DNA from: Candidatus Latescibacterota bacterium
GTDB lineage: Bacteria > Latescibacterota > UBA2968 > UBA8231
Reading direction: 5' to 3'
NCBI GenBank assembly: GCA_965203355.1
Contig: OZ241889.1
Coordinates: 1,440,001-1,504,000 of the forward strand
Length of the DNA stretch: 64,000 bases
Below are positions 37,549-47,184 of the stretch, piece after piece. The notes beneath the pieces are model-generated. The model saw only the letters and a list, made by a program, of their open reading frames with translations. It searched no databases and had not been told where the DNA came from. The translations under genes were made by a program, and so were the position numbers. The stretch's first letter is position 1. Every line of letters begins with the position of its first letter.

Positions 37549-37827
37549 CTCCTTGCAGATGCTGTGCTTTACAATGTATGGAATGGCGATTGGTGTGCAA
37601 CGTCCCGACACCTGCCCAGCGGCCGTATCACATCGGCGATCTTTACTAGTAAGAACGTCGGGTGCATCGGGTGCTAATAGACGACTTAGCCAAGCGCGAC
37701 AAGAAGCCGACGATCATCTTGCTCTTTCTTTAGTGACGGGGGCCTGCGGCCAAACGGTGCCGTCGTCTTCGCGCTTGCGGAGTGCCGTACCAGCCGAGAA
37801 AGGACGTGGGTTGGGCGGCATGGCGAT

Positions 37828-38859
37828 TCAACCTTGAATGGCTGCACCCATCCGATCGCTGAGGCGGATCAACTCGCCGCCGCTTTCGGCCGAGGCATTG
37901 GCTGCCAAAACGGCGGCGAGGCTGTTGAGGGACGGGACGTACGGGCTGCGCGGCATGGCTGGATCGCCGGCTTGGACGGCGGCGATAAAGGCGCGAGCTT
38001 GGGCGAAGAAAGCCCCGCGCGGTTGCGGCTCTTGTTGCGCTTCCCACACCACCTCGCCGTTTTCCATCACTTTTCGTGGGGTCCATTCGATGATTGAGTC
38101 GTCGCTGACGACGAGGATTTCGCGCTTGGAGTACGAGACGTTGCTCAGGACCCGCGAGACGCTGGCGTTGGCGGTTACGCGCCCTTTGAAACGGTAGTTG
38201 ACGTTGTACACGTGGGGCAGGTTCATCGGCTCAATGCGTTCGCCGGGCAGCGATTCGACGTAAAAGGCCGAGACGGCCTCAATGTCGCCGAGGAAGTAGC
38301 GCAACAGATCGACGCTGTGAATGGTGTTTTCGACGAAGGAGCCGCCGCAGAGTTCGTAGCGGCTGGTCCAGTAGCGGATTGGTTGGCCGCTGTAGAAGTT
38401 TTGGATTTGGGCGTGGCGCGGTGTGCGCTGCTGCAATAGCGCCAAGGTCGGCGCAGAAGAAGGCTCGTAGCGATAGACAAAGCCGACTTGGGATACGATG
38501 CCGGCCTTTTCGACGGCGGCGTTGAACTCGGCGACCTGGGCCAGATCGAGGGTCTGCGGTTTTTCGACGAACAGGGCGACGCCTTGGTCGGCGGCGATGA
38601 GCACCTCGTCGGTGTGGGCGGTCGGCGGAATGCACAAGTAAACCGCGTCGAGTTCCTGCTCGGCGAACATCTGGTGGTGATCCGCATAGGTCGCGCGAGG
38701 CTTGTAGATGGCCGCTTGTTGTTGGAGGGTTTCGTCGCTTTTGTCGCAGAAGGCCTGGAAAACGACTTGGCCTTCCTCGGCGAGGGCCGCTAACGCCGGG
38801 AGGTGCGCCTTTTGGGTGATCCAGCCGAGGCCGATGCAGCCGACGCGGACCGGTTTCAT
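37828..38859 (-). CDS. Gfo/Idh/MocA family oxidoreductase
   Basis: VGCIGLGWI, FVEKP, GFVYRY, ENTIHSVD. Confidence 0.9.
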   Translation of the reverse strand: MKPVRVGCIGLGWITQKAHLPALAALAEEGQVVFQAFCDKSDETLQQQAAIYKPRATYADHHQMFAEQELDAVYLCIPPTAHTDEVLIAADQGVALFVEKPQTLDLAQVAEFNAAVEKAGIVSQVGFVYRYEPSSAPTLALLQQRTPRHAQIQNFYSGQPIRYWTSRYELCGGSFVENTIHSVDLLRYFLGDIEAVSAFYVESLPGERIEPMNLPHVYNVNYRFKGRVTANASVSRVLSNVSYSKREILVVSDDSIIEWTPRKVMENGEVVWEAQQEPQPRGAFFAQARAFIAAVQAGDPAMPRSPYVPSLNSLAAVLAANASAESGGELIRLSDRMGAAIQG

Positions 38860-38877
38860 GGGCCATTCCTTTCCTTT

Positions 38878-39780
38878 TTAAGCGGTGAGTGCTTCAATGC
38901 GGGCGATGAGTTCGGGCGACAAGTAGCGGCCGTCGGAAACAGCCGCCGAGACTTCGAGTTCGTCCAGCGTTGCCGCGCCCGTGAGCAGCACGGCGACTTG
39001 GGGGTCTGACAGCAGGTAGCGCAGCCCGTGGTCGGGCATGTCGCCGGGTTCGTCGGCGAGCAGGGCTTCGACTTTTTCGAGTTTGGGATACAGTTCGGCA
39101 AAGCGGCCAGCCTCCGGCCAGACGTCGCGCTTGGAGCCGAGCAGGCCGGCGTGTAGCGGCGAGGCGAGGATGATGGCGATGTCGCGGGCGGCCGCTGTAG
39201 GCAGGAGGATCTCCTTGGCCGTTTGCACCAGCAGGTCGTATTTGAGAAAGGTGATCACCGAGACGAAATCGTCGCACTCGGCGAGCACATCGCGCATCAG
39301 TACGAGGTCTGAGCCGGTGAGGCCGATGTGTTGTGCGAGTCCCTGCGCGCGGATTTCGAGCAAGGTCTCGAGGGCGCGTTCTCGGCCGAAGATGCCCTCC
39401 CAGCCCGCCTGCTCGGCCTCGTGGAGTTGCAACAGATCGACCGAATCGCGCTGCAAGCGCCGGAGGCTGGCCGCAAATCCCCGCCAGATGGTATCGCGGG
39501 TGTAGTCGAAGGGCGCGGGATAGTAGCCTATCTTGGTCGCCAGATAATAGGGCGCATCCACGCCTTTGAGGGCGTGGCCGAGGACCTTTTCGCTGCGGCC
39601 TTGGCCGTAGAGCGGGGCCGTGTCAAAGTAGTTGATGCCCAATTCGAGGGCGCGCTCGACCATGGCGACCCCGTGTGCTACGGGCCGGAGGCCGTATTCC
39701 GGGCGTCCGTAAAACCAAGACCCGCCCAGGGCGATTTCGCTGACTTGCCAGTTCGTTTTGCCGAATCGTCGGTATCGCAC
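38878..39780 (-). CDS. Aldo/keto reductase
   Basis: RYRRFGKT..VSEIALG, FDTAPLYG, ATKIG, SLRRLQRDSVDLLQLH. Confidence 0.92.
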   Translation of the reverse strand: MRYRRFGKTNWQVSEIALGGSWFYGRPEYGLRPVAHGVAMVERALELGINYFDTAPLYGQGRSEKVLGHALKGVDAPYYLATKIGYYPAPFDYTRDTIWRGFAASLRRLQRDSVDLLQLHEAEQAGWEGIFGRERALETLLEIRAQGLAQHIGLTGSDLVLMRDVLAECDDFVSVITFLKYDLLVQTAKEILLPTAAARDIAIILASPLHAGLLGSKRDVWPEAGRFAELYPKLEKVEALLADEPGDMPDHGLRYLLSDPQVAVLLTGAATLDELEVSAAVSDGRYLSPELIARIEALTA

Positions 39781-39868
39781 CCCTACACTCCGTTGTTGGG
39801 GCTAATAAGGAATGGAGTAACTTAGACATAGTGGCGGCTGATTTCAATCTTGCGCGAAGCCGCGCTGG

Positions 39869-39908
39869 CAGTGGTCGGTGACCGGTGACCAGTGACCACT
39901 GACCACTA
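39869..39908. repeat. Short heptamer tandem repeat with hairpin potential
   Basis: gtggtcg gtgaccg gtgacca gtgacca ctgacca cta in the divergent intergenic region. Confidence 0.6.
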
Positions 39909-39928
39909 ATTTGACAAAGGAGAGATAG

Positions 39929-41233
39929 ATGATGGGCCAACGTAGCGCACTTTCGCGGTTTATCGGCATTCCGTTGCACTGGCAGATCGCCATTGCCCTC
40001 GTTCTCGCCGCATTAGTAGGGTGGCTGGGCGACGAGCACACGACGCTTTTTGGCGCGTCGTTGCTGGAAATTCTCGATTTCTTTGGCGGTTTGTTCCTCA
40101 ACGCGCTGAAGATGATCGTGGTGCCGCTGATTCTGTCGTCGATCATCGTCGGCGTCCGCAACATGGCGAGCCAGAACGCCTTTGGACGCATTGGCGGGAA
40201 GACGGTGGCGTTTTACGTGGCGACGGGATGGCTGTCGGTTTGCACGGGGCTCGTTTGCGTGAATCTCATAGCACCCGGCGAGACGGCGGCGGCGCGGGCG
40301 CTGGGTGCTGCGCTGCCAGACCCGTCGCAAGTCATGGCCAAGGTCGAGGGGCGCGGCATCCAAGATCTGATTCAGGTTCTCAAGCGCGCCATACCGTCCA
40401 ACATCTTCGCGGCCGCGCTAGAGGTGCAACTGCTGGCGTTGGTGTTTGTCGGAGTTGTGTTTGGGTATTTCATGTCGCGGCTGAACGGGCCGTCCGGCGA
40501 TGTTCTACAGCAGTTCTGGGCCGGCCTGCACGACCTCATGATCCTGATCACGATGTGGATCATGCGGTTTGCTCCCATCGGCGCGTTTGCGCTGGTGGGC
40601 AAGACGTTGCTCGTCTCGGGTTTTGCCGCGCTTGAAGCGTTGGGCCTGTTTTTCCTGACCGTATTGCTGGCCCTGGCCGTGCATTTTGCCGTCTGGTTGC
40701 CGCTGCTGCTGCGCTTGGTTGCCGGCATCAGCCCGTATGCCTACTACGCCAAAATCGCGCCAGCGCAATTGACCGCGTTTTCTACGGCGTCGTCTTCGGC
40801 TACCTTGCCGGTGACCATCAACAGCGCCGAACGGGCGGGCATCTCCAACCGCGTGACCAGCTTTGTCCTGCCGTTGGGCGCGACGGTGAACATGGACGGC
40901 ACGGCGCTCTACGAGTGCGTGGTGGTGGTGTTCATCGCCCAAGTGTACGCGTTTACGTCTGGCATAGATTTTGGCGTGGCCGAGCAGATGATCGTCGTAT
41001 TGCTCGCCTTGCTCACGTCGATCGGCGTGGCGGGCATCCCGGCGGCCAGCTTGGTCGCCATCGCGCTGATCTTACCGGCGGTTGGCCTGCCGGTGGAAGC
41101 TATCGCCATCGTCTTGGCCGTTGATCGCCTGCTCGATATGTGCCGAACAGCCGTCAACGTGACCAGCGATTTGGCGATCACAGCGCTGGTAGCGCGCACC
41201 GAAGGCGAAGATTTGCCGGATGTCGCGGCTTGA
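39929..41233 (+). CDS. Dicarboxylate/amino acid:cation symporter (DAACS, GltP-like)
   Basis: AFSTASSSATLP, PLGATVNMDGTALY, AVDRLLDMCRTAVNV. Confidence 0.95.
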   Translation: MMGQRSALSRFIGIPLHWQIAIALVLAALVGWLGDEHTTLFGASLLEILDFFGGLFLNALKMIVVPLILSSIIVGVRNMASQNAFGRIGGKTVAFYVATGWLSVCTGLVCVNLIAPGETAAARALGAALPDPSQVMAKVEGRGIQDLIQVLKRAIPSNIFAAALEVQLLALVFVGVVFGYFMSRLNGPSGDVLQQFWAGLHDLMILITMWIMRFAPIGAFALVGKTLLVSGFAALEALGLFFLTVLLALAVHFAVWLPLLLRLVAGISPYAYYAKIAPAQLTAFSTASSSATLPVTINSAERAGISNRVTSFVLPLGATVNMDGTALYECVVVVFIAQVYAFTSGIDFGVAEQMIVVLLALLTSIGVAGIPAASLVAIALILPAVGLPVEAIAIVLAVDRLLDMCRTAVNVTSDLAITALVARTEGEDLPDVAA

Positions 41234-41237
41234 TGGG

Positions 41238-42746
41238 CTACAAGATACCCACGCGGGTGCTGCTGGCGTCTTCTAACAGGCCATCGGCTGCCACGAGATT
41301 GAGCTGGCCTACTTCCGCGGGCGTCAGGTTTGGCAATCGGTCCACTAGCCGCAGAAAACGCTCGTTCTCGGCCGGGGCTACGAGTCCCTCGGTCAACACG
41401 GCTAGCTTGTCGACGTAGTCTGGCCGCGCAAAGGGCCGTGCGCCGAGGTAGTGGGCGTTGGGGTTGTCGAGGTGCTCGGCGAGTTGGGTGCCGTCGGCGA
41501 GGCGGACCACGACTTGGGCACCAAACTTTTTGTGGTCGGGATCGGGATGGTGATAGGCTTGAGTCCACTCGGCGACTTCTTCGGTGCGGATCTTGTGCCA
41601 CAGCGCGACGGTCGAAGGGCGGTGGGCGCGTTCCGAGGTATAGGAATGCACGTGGTGCCAAGCGCCGTCCTCCCAAGCGACGGCGAGGATGTACATGGCG
41701 CTGTGGTCCAGGGTCTCGCGCGAGGCGTCTGGGTCCATTTTCTGCGGATCGTTGGCCCCGGTGCCGATCACGTAGTGCGTGTGGTGGCTGGTGCGGATTG
41801 CGACGTCTGCCACTTGGTCGAGATCTATATTGCGGGCGTGGAGCCTGAAGCCGAGGTCGATCAGCGCTTGGGCTTGGTATTCGGCGGAGTGTTCCTTGGT
41901 GTAGGAGCGCAGGATAGCGCGCATCCGTTCACCGGGGTCGGGCAGGGGGACGCGGTATGTGGCGTCCGGCCCGGACAGCATGTAGGCGATGACGGCGTCG
42001 CGGCCCTCGTAGATGGGCGATGGTGCCCGCTCGCCCAGCCGCGCCCGGCCCACGGCTTCAATGGCGATCTTGTTGGCTTGGGCCGGGGCATAGGCCTTCC
42101 ACGAGGTGATGTCTCCTTTGCGCGACTGGCGGGTGGCGCAGGCTAGGTGCAGGCTCTGATTGATCGCTTGGTAAATTTGCGCGGTCGGCATCTGGAGCAT
42201 AGTCCCCAACCCGGCCGCTACGGCTGGGGCGAGGTGGGCGACGTGATCGATCTTGTGCTCGTGCAAGCAAATGCCCGTCACCAGTGCCATCTGTATCTCA
42301 TAGGCCGTGAGAATGCCCAGGGTCAGTGCGCGGCCATCGGCACCTGTTTGCTGGGCGGCGGCGAGCAAGCCGGGGATGGTGTCGCCGGGGTGAGAGTAGT
42401 CGGCCGCGAGGTAGGTGTCGTGCATGTCGAGTTCGCGCACGGCCACGCCGTTGGCGAGGGCCGCCCACTCGCAGTGGAAACGGCGGTTGTTGACCACGCC
42501 GAAGAGGCGGGCGCCGCTGTTGTGGGGGTAGCCCAAGGCGAGGAGGCGGGCGTTGCGCACGGGCGTGCGGTTGATCGCGGCGAGGGCGACTGCGGCATTG
42601 TCGATGACGCGATTGCCGATCATCTCGACGACATCCACGTCGGCTGCTTGGTTGTGGGCGGCGAGTTGGGCCAGTTTCCAGGCCAACTGCTCTTCGCGTG
42701 GGAGGACGGTACCGTCTGGGTGGGTTTTGACGATGTGGTTTTGCAT
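41238..42746 (-). CDS. prpD: MmgE/PrpD family protein (2-methylcitrate dehydratase)
   Basis: VRELDMHDTYLAADYSHPGD, KIDHVAH, TKEHSAEYQAQA, SRETLDHS. Confidence 0.88.
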   Translation of the reverse strand: MQNHIVKTHPDGTVLPREEQLAWKLAQLAAHNQAADVDVVEMIGNRVIDNAAVALAAINRTPVRNARLLALGYPHNSGARLFGVVNNRRFHCEWAALANGVAVRELDMHDTYLAADYSHPGDTIPGLLAAAQQTGADGRALTLGILTAYEIQMALVTGICLHEHKIDHVAHLAPAVAAGLGTMLQMPTAQIYQAINQSLHLACATRQSRKGDITSWKAYAPAQANKIAIEAVGRARLGERAPSPIYEGRDAVIAYMLSGPDATYRVPLPDPGERMRAILRSYTKEHSAEYQAQALIDLGFRLHARNIDLDQVADVAIRTSHHTHYVIGTGANDPQKMDPDASRETLDHSAMYILAVAWEDGAWHHVHSYTSERAHRPSTVALWHKIRTEEVAEWTQAYHHPDPDHKKFGAQVVVRLADGTQLAEHLDNPNAHYLGARPFARPDYVDKLAVLTEGLVAPAENERFLRLVDRLPNLTPAEVGQLNLVAADGLLEDASSTRVGIL

Positions 42747-43013
42747 GGCCTGTTTCCGCGATTGGTGGAGTTATAAAGAAAGAAATAATAGGGCCTGTTG
42801 TCTGTAATTGACAGATCATGGCCCCGCAATAGCTTTCACTTTTGATCGGCCTTGGCGGCGGCAGCGCAATCGGTGCGTAAAGTAAGCCTTTGGAAAAATG
42901 GAGAGTATGAACATGGCGAGCATCGCTGACCTCGCATCTGCGCTAGCCGCCAGATTTTTCCTGAGCGACCCGCAACCGTGGGTGGACGACGAACCAGAAA
43001 GAGAAGACCACAT

Positions 43014-45191
43014 ATGAACATTCAGGCGCACGAAGTGCTTAAAGCCAAGATCTGGGAAATCGCCAATCGGCTCCGGGGGCCGTACCGCCCCCCTCAATAT
43101 CGGCTGGTCATGCTTCCCATGGTCGTCTTGCGTCGGCTCGATTGTGTCTTGGAGCCGACTAAAGATGCCGTTCTCAAGAAGTGCGAAGAGCTTGAGGCGC
43201 AGCAGATGCCCGAAACGGCCATGGAGCGCGTGCTCGGCAAGGCCGCCGACCCGAACCGCAAACACCCCCTCTACAACACCAGCCCCTACACCTTTCCCCG
43301 GCTGCTCGGCGATGCCGAGAACATCGCGCCGAACTTCGCGTCGTACATCAACGGCTTTTCTCCGACGGCGCGGCGCATCTTCGAGCTTTTCAAGTTCGAC
43401 GACCAGATCGAGAAGCTCGACGCCAGCAACCGTCTCTTCACCATCGTCAAGGCGATGGCCGATGTCGATCTTCACCCGGCTCGGATCGACAACCTTCAGA
43501 TGGGCTATCTGTTCGAGCATCTGGTGATGCGCTTCAACGAGCAGGCCAACGAGGAAGCTGGGGATTACTTCACGCCGCGCGAGGTCATTCGCCTCATGGC
43601 GAACCTCATCTATACCGGCGAGCAGGAGGTCTATAAGCCTGGCATCTACCGCACGATTTACGATCCGGCGTGTGGAACGGGCGGTATGCTCGCCGAATCT
43701 GCGAAACTGATCCTCGCGCAAAACAAGCGGGCGCAGCTCGCGCTCTATGGCCAAGATTACAACGATGAGTCTTGGGCGATCTGTTGCTCGGATATGCTGA
43801 TCAAGGACGCGGAAACGGCCAACATCGTCCTCGGCGACACCCTCGGCGATGGCAAGACCGGCGACGGCTCCGAAGGCCAACGATTCCACTACCTCATGGC
43901 CAACCCGCCTTTTGGCGTCGAATGGAAAGATCAGAAAAACAAGGTCGAACACGAGCACAGGACCATGGGGTTTTCGGGGCGGTTCGGTGCTGGGCTTCCG
44001 GCCATTAGTGACGGCTCGCTGCTGTTCCTCCAGCACATGATTTCCAAGATGTATCCATTTAAGGAAGGGGACGAGGATCAGCCCGGCTCGAAGATCGCCA
44101 TTGTCTTCAACGGCTCGCCGCTGTTCTCGGGCGACGCTGGATCGGGGCCATCGAACATTCGCCGCTGGGTTATCGAGAATGACTGGCTCGACGCCATTGT
44201 GGCACTGCCGGACCAGCTTTTCTACAACACGGGCATCTTCACGTATGTTTGGCTGGTGACGAACCGCAAGCCGCTGGAACGGCGCGGCAAGGTGCAGCTC
44301 ATTGACGGCACCCGCTTCTTCGAGAAGATGAAGAAAAGCCTCAACAACAAGCGCAACGAGATCACCGAAGACCAAATCCGCGACTTGACCCGCGTCTATG
44401 GCAACTTCCGGGATGGCGAGACCGCAGCAGTGCCGACCAACGGCGATACCGAGACGTGCGTCATTTCTCGCATATTCGAGAATCGGGAGTTCGGTTTTCT
44501 CAAGGTGACGGTCGAGCGCCCGCTGCGGATGAATTTCGAGGTGACGGCGGAGCGGATTGCGAAGCTCGACGGGCAGACCGCCTTTGCGAATCTGGCGAAA
44601 TCGAAGAAGCGGAAGGATGCGGCCGCGGTTGAGCGCGAGGTCGCGGAGGGGCGGAAGCAGCAGGAGGCTATTCGCGTCGCGCTCGCAACGCTTGAAGGCA
44701 ATGGGCGTTACATGGACCGGGAGGCGTTTGAAGCGGATGTGATGAACGCTGCTAAACGGGCCGGTCTCAAGATTTCCGCTCCGATCAAGAAGGCGATTTT
44801 CGCGGCACTCGGCGAGCGCGATGCGGATGCCGAGATTTGTCGCGATGGCAAGGGACGGCCGGAGCCTGATGGCGAGTTGCGGGACACCGAGAACATTCCC
44901 TTGCCACCCGGAACGGAATTGCCGCTGCCGATGGATTTTGGGCCGGACAAACCCAACGACCGTTTGGTTGAAGCGTTTCGGGGCGAAATTGACGCTTACA
45001 TTGCGCGCGAGGTTTTGCCTCATGTGCCCGATGCTTGGGTGGACTACGACAAGACCAAGGTCGGCTACGAGATTCCGATCAACCGATATTTCTACGTCTA
45101 TAAGCCGCCGCGGCCGCTTGATGAGATCGAGGTGGATATTGTCGAGATTGAAAGGGATATTGCCGGGCTGTTGAAGGGGTTGGCGGTATGA
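43014..45191 (+). CDS. hsdM: Type I restriction-modification methyltransferase subunit M (m6A)
   Basis: YFTPREV, YDPACGTGG (motif I), ANPPFG (motif IV), LFYNTGI. Confidence 0.95.
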   Translation: MNIQAHEVLKAKIWEIANRLRGPYRPPQYRLVMLPMVVLRRLDCVLEPTKDAVLKKCEELEAQQMPETAMERVLGKAADPNRKHPLYNTSPYTFPRLLGDAENIAPNFASYINGFSPTARRIFELFKFDDQIEKLDASNRLFTIVKAMADVDLHPARIDNLQMGYLFEHLVMRFNEQANEEAGDYFTPREVIRLMANLIYTGEQEVYKPGIYRTIYDPACGTGGMLAESAKLILAQNKRAQLALYGQDYNDESWAICCSDMLIKDAETANIVLGDTLGDGKTGDGSEGQRFHYLMANPPFGVEWKDQKNKVEHEHRTMGFSGRFGAGLPAISDGSLLFLQHMISKMYPFKEGDEDQPGSKIAIVFNGSPLFSGDAGSGPSNIRRWVIENDWLDAIVALPDQLFYNTGIFTYVWLVTNRKPLERRGKVQLIDGTRFFEKMKKSLNNKRNEITEDQIRDLTRVYGNFRDGETAAVPTNGDTETCVISRIFENREFGFLKVTVERPLRMNFEVTAERIAKLDGQTAFANLAKSKKRKDAAAVEREVAEGRKQQEAIRVALATLEGNGRYMDREAFEADVMNAAKRAGLKISAPIKKAIFAALGERDADAEICRDGKGRPEPDGELRDTENIPLPPGTELPLPMDFGPDKPNDRLVEAFRGEIDAYIAREVLPHVPDAWVDYDKTKVGYEIPINRYFYVYKPPRPLDEIEVDIVEIERDIAGLLKGLAV

Positions 45192-46465
45192 GCTACTTCG
45201 CACGGAGTGATGAACTGCCTGAATGGGCGGCACAGGTCCCGGAAGGTTGGGATAGCAACTGGCTGAAGTGGTCGGTTGATCTATCCACGAAGCGCCCAAC
45301 TGAAGAGGAGCAAGAGATGCTTCCATATATCGCTAACGAGCATATTGCGTCATGGACAGGAAAACTCTTGATCGAGGAGCCGAAGTCGGCTGAGGCAGAC
45401 AGTCGGACATTTCAGAGAAACGATGTACTTTTCAACAAACTCCGTCCGTACCTTGCCAAGGTCTACCACGCGACATTCAACGGCGTTAGTTCAGGAGAAT
45501 TGCTTTGCTTGCGGCCAACACATGTCGTCGAGCCGCGTTTCCTCTTTTACGTACTCATGTCTAAAGGCTTCATCGACACAGTTAATGCGGAAACGTTCGG
45601 GGCTAAGATGCCTCGTGCGGATTGGGAAATTGTCGGCCATCAACCGCTACCCCTTCCCCCCCTCGACACACAGCGTCAAATCGCGCGGTTTCTGGACGAG
45701 CAGACGGCGCGGATCGACACACTGATCGAGAAGAAGCGGGTGCTTCTGGACCGGCTGGCCGAGAAACGCCAAGCCCTTATTACTCGCGCCGTAACGAAGG
45801 GACTCGATCTGGACGCTGCGATGAAACCCTCCGGGATCGAATGGCTCGGCGACATTCCCGCGCATTGGGAAGTGCTGCCCCTGCGTCGGGTCACACTCCG
45901 TGTAGCCACAGGTAGAACCCCGCCATCTAACGACGTGGACTACTTTACTGGCGGTCTTGTAAATTGGTTCACACCTGGTGATTTCTCGACGATCATTGAG
46001 CTTCGCGAATCCGCCCGAAAGGTGACCCCAGAAGCTATCGAGGACGGTGTCTGCACTCTCTTTCCTGCGGGAACCGTGTTCCTCGTCGGTATCGGTGCCA
46101 CTTTGGGTAAGGTTGCCGTGAGCGCGACGAGAGGATCGGCGAACCAGCAAGTCAATGCCATTCTGCCTGACAAGAACAACGATCCATACTTTATGGCGTA
46201 TTTCCTTCATGCTTTCAGGACAGAGGTGCGTGTCACATCCAATGGCAATACACTTGGAATACTCAACCAAGAAGGAACCAAGTCTCTTTTGATGCCCGTT
46301 CCTCCGCTCTCTGAGCAGAAAGCAATAGCATCCAAAGTGAGGAGTCACGATTCACGTGAAGCCGAGGTTATTCGGCGGATTGAGGAGAGTATTGGAGTAC
46401 TCTCGGAATACCGATCCGCACTCATCACAGCCGCTGTCACGGGACAACTGGAGGAACTGCAATGA
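45188..46465 (+). CDS. hsdS: Type I RM specificity subunit S
   Basis: Two TRDs with conserved PLPPLDTQRQIARFLD / VPPLSEQKAI and ALITRAVT / ALITAAVTG; KPSGIEWLGDIP linker. Confidence 0.95.
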   Translation: MSYFARSDELPEWAAQVPEGWDSNWLKWSVDLSTKRPTEEEQEMLPYIANEHIASWTGKLLIEEPKSAEADSRTFQRNDVLFNKLRPYLAKVYHATFNGVSSGELLCLRPTHVVEPRFLFYVLMSKGFIDTVNAETFGAKMPRADWEIVGHQPLPLPPLDTQRQIARFLDEQTARIDTLIEKKRVLLDRLAEKRQALITRAVTKGLDLDAAMKPSGIEWLGDIPAHWEVLPLRRVTLRVATGRTPPSNDVDYFTGGLVNWFTPGDFSTIIELRESARKVTPEAIEDGVCTLFPAGTVFLVGIGATLGKVAVSATRGSANQQVNAILPDKNNDPYFMAYFLHAFRTEVRVTSNGNTLGILNQEGTKSLLMPVPPLSEQKAIASKVRSHDSREAEVIRRIEESIGVLSEYRSALITAAVTGQLEELQ

Positions 46466-47073
46466 CCCTTGCTGCGCCGACATATTTCCAGCATCTCAGG
46501 GCCTATGTGAACAACCGCTATGTGATGCACGATGGTGCCGGGGGCGAAGTGATTCTCCGAGAAAAGTACTTCCCGGCGACAGGCACACGGGCCAAGACCC
46601 GTAAGATACGTCTGTTATTGCCGGGGCCGGGGCTCGCTTTCAAGCTTGACCATGATCAGATCGAACTGCTACGGAAGAAGAGCAAGCCGCCGCTCTTCCA
46701 TTTCCTTGACGACATCGCGAAGCCGTGGTCGAAGCGGTGCGATTTCGTGATCTTCTACGTCAATGGTCGCGCCTTCCACGCAGATTGCATCGAGTTCAAG
46801 TCGAAGAGCCTGAATACTGACAAAATCGTGCCCCAACTCAAGGCAGGGGTATGCTGGGTGAACACGCTGAAGCGGACCATAGAGCACTACACCGGCGATA
46901 AGCGTAGGGTTCGCATCCGCAAATTCGTTTTCGCAGAGAACGAGAATCCCGATCCGTATATTGACGGGAATCGGCAACTGAATGCCGATCCATCCATTCG
47001 CTACTATCACTTTGACGAGGTACAGGGGCAGCCCTTGGTTGATCTTCAGAACACTTCAGTACAGGAAGCGTGA
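46462..47073 (+). CDS. Hypothetical protein with PD-(D/E)XK-like motif inside the RM operon
   Basis: KRCDFVIF...CIEFKS; ATGA-coupled to hsdS. Confidence 0.65.
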   Translation: MTLAAPTYFQHLRAYVNNRYVMHDGAGGEVILREKYFPATGTRAKTRKIRLLLPGPGLAFKLDHDQIELLRKKSKPPLFHFLDDIAKPWSKRCDFVIFYVNGRAFHADCIEFKSKSLNTDKIVPQLKAGVCWVNTLKRTIEHYTGDKRRVRIRKFVFAENENPDPYIDGNRQLNADPSIRYYHFDEVQGQPLVDLQNTSVQEA

Positions 47074-47184
47074 ACCATGCCCGCCGCACCGAATGCTCTT
47101 TCGGAACCGCTGTTCCAATTGTGCAGCCTTCTCGCGAATTCACACAGAAGTCCATATGGTGACAATATCCGTGATGAGTGACAC

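Noticed and set aside
42816-45326. 836-aa antisense ORF overlapping hsdM
   Set aside because: Shadow frame of a high-GC gene; no recognisable motifs, while the plus strand has all HsdM motifs
45188-46465. Phase-variable (shufflon-type) hsdS
   Set aside because: Single hsdS, with no extra TRDs, recombinase, flanking inverted repeats or simple-sequence tract seen
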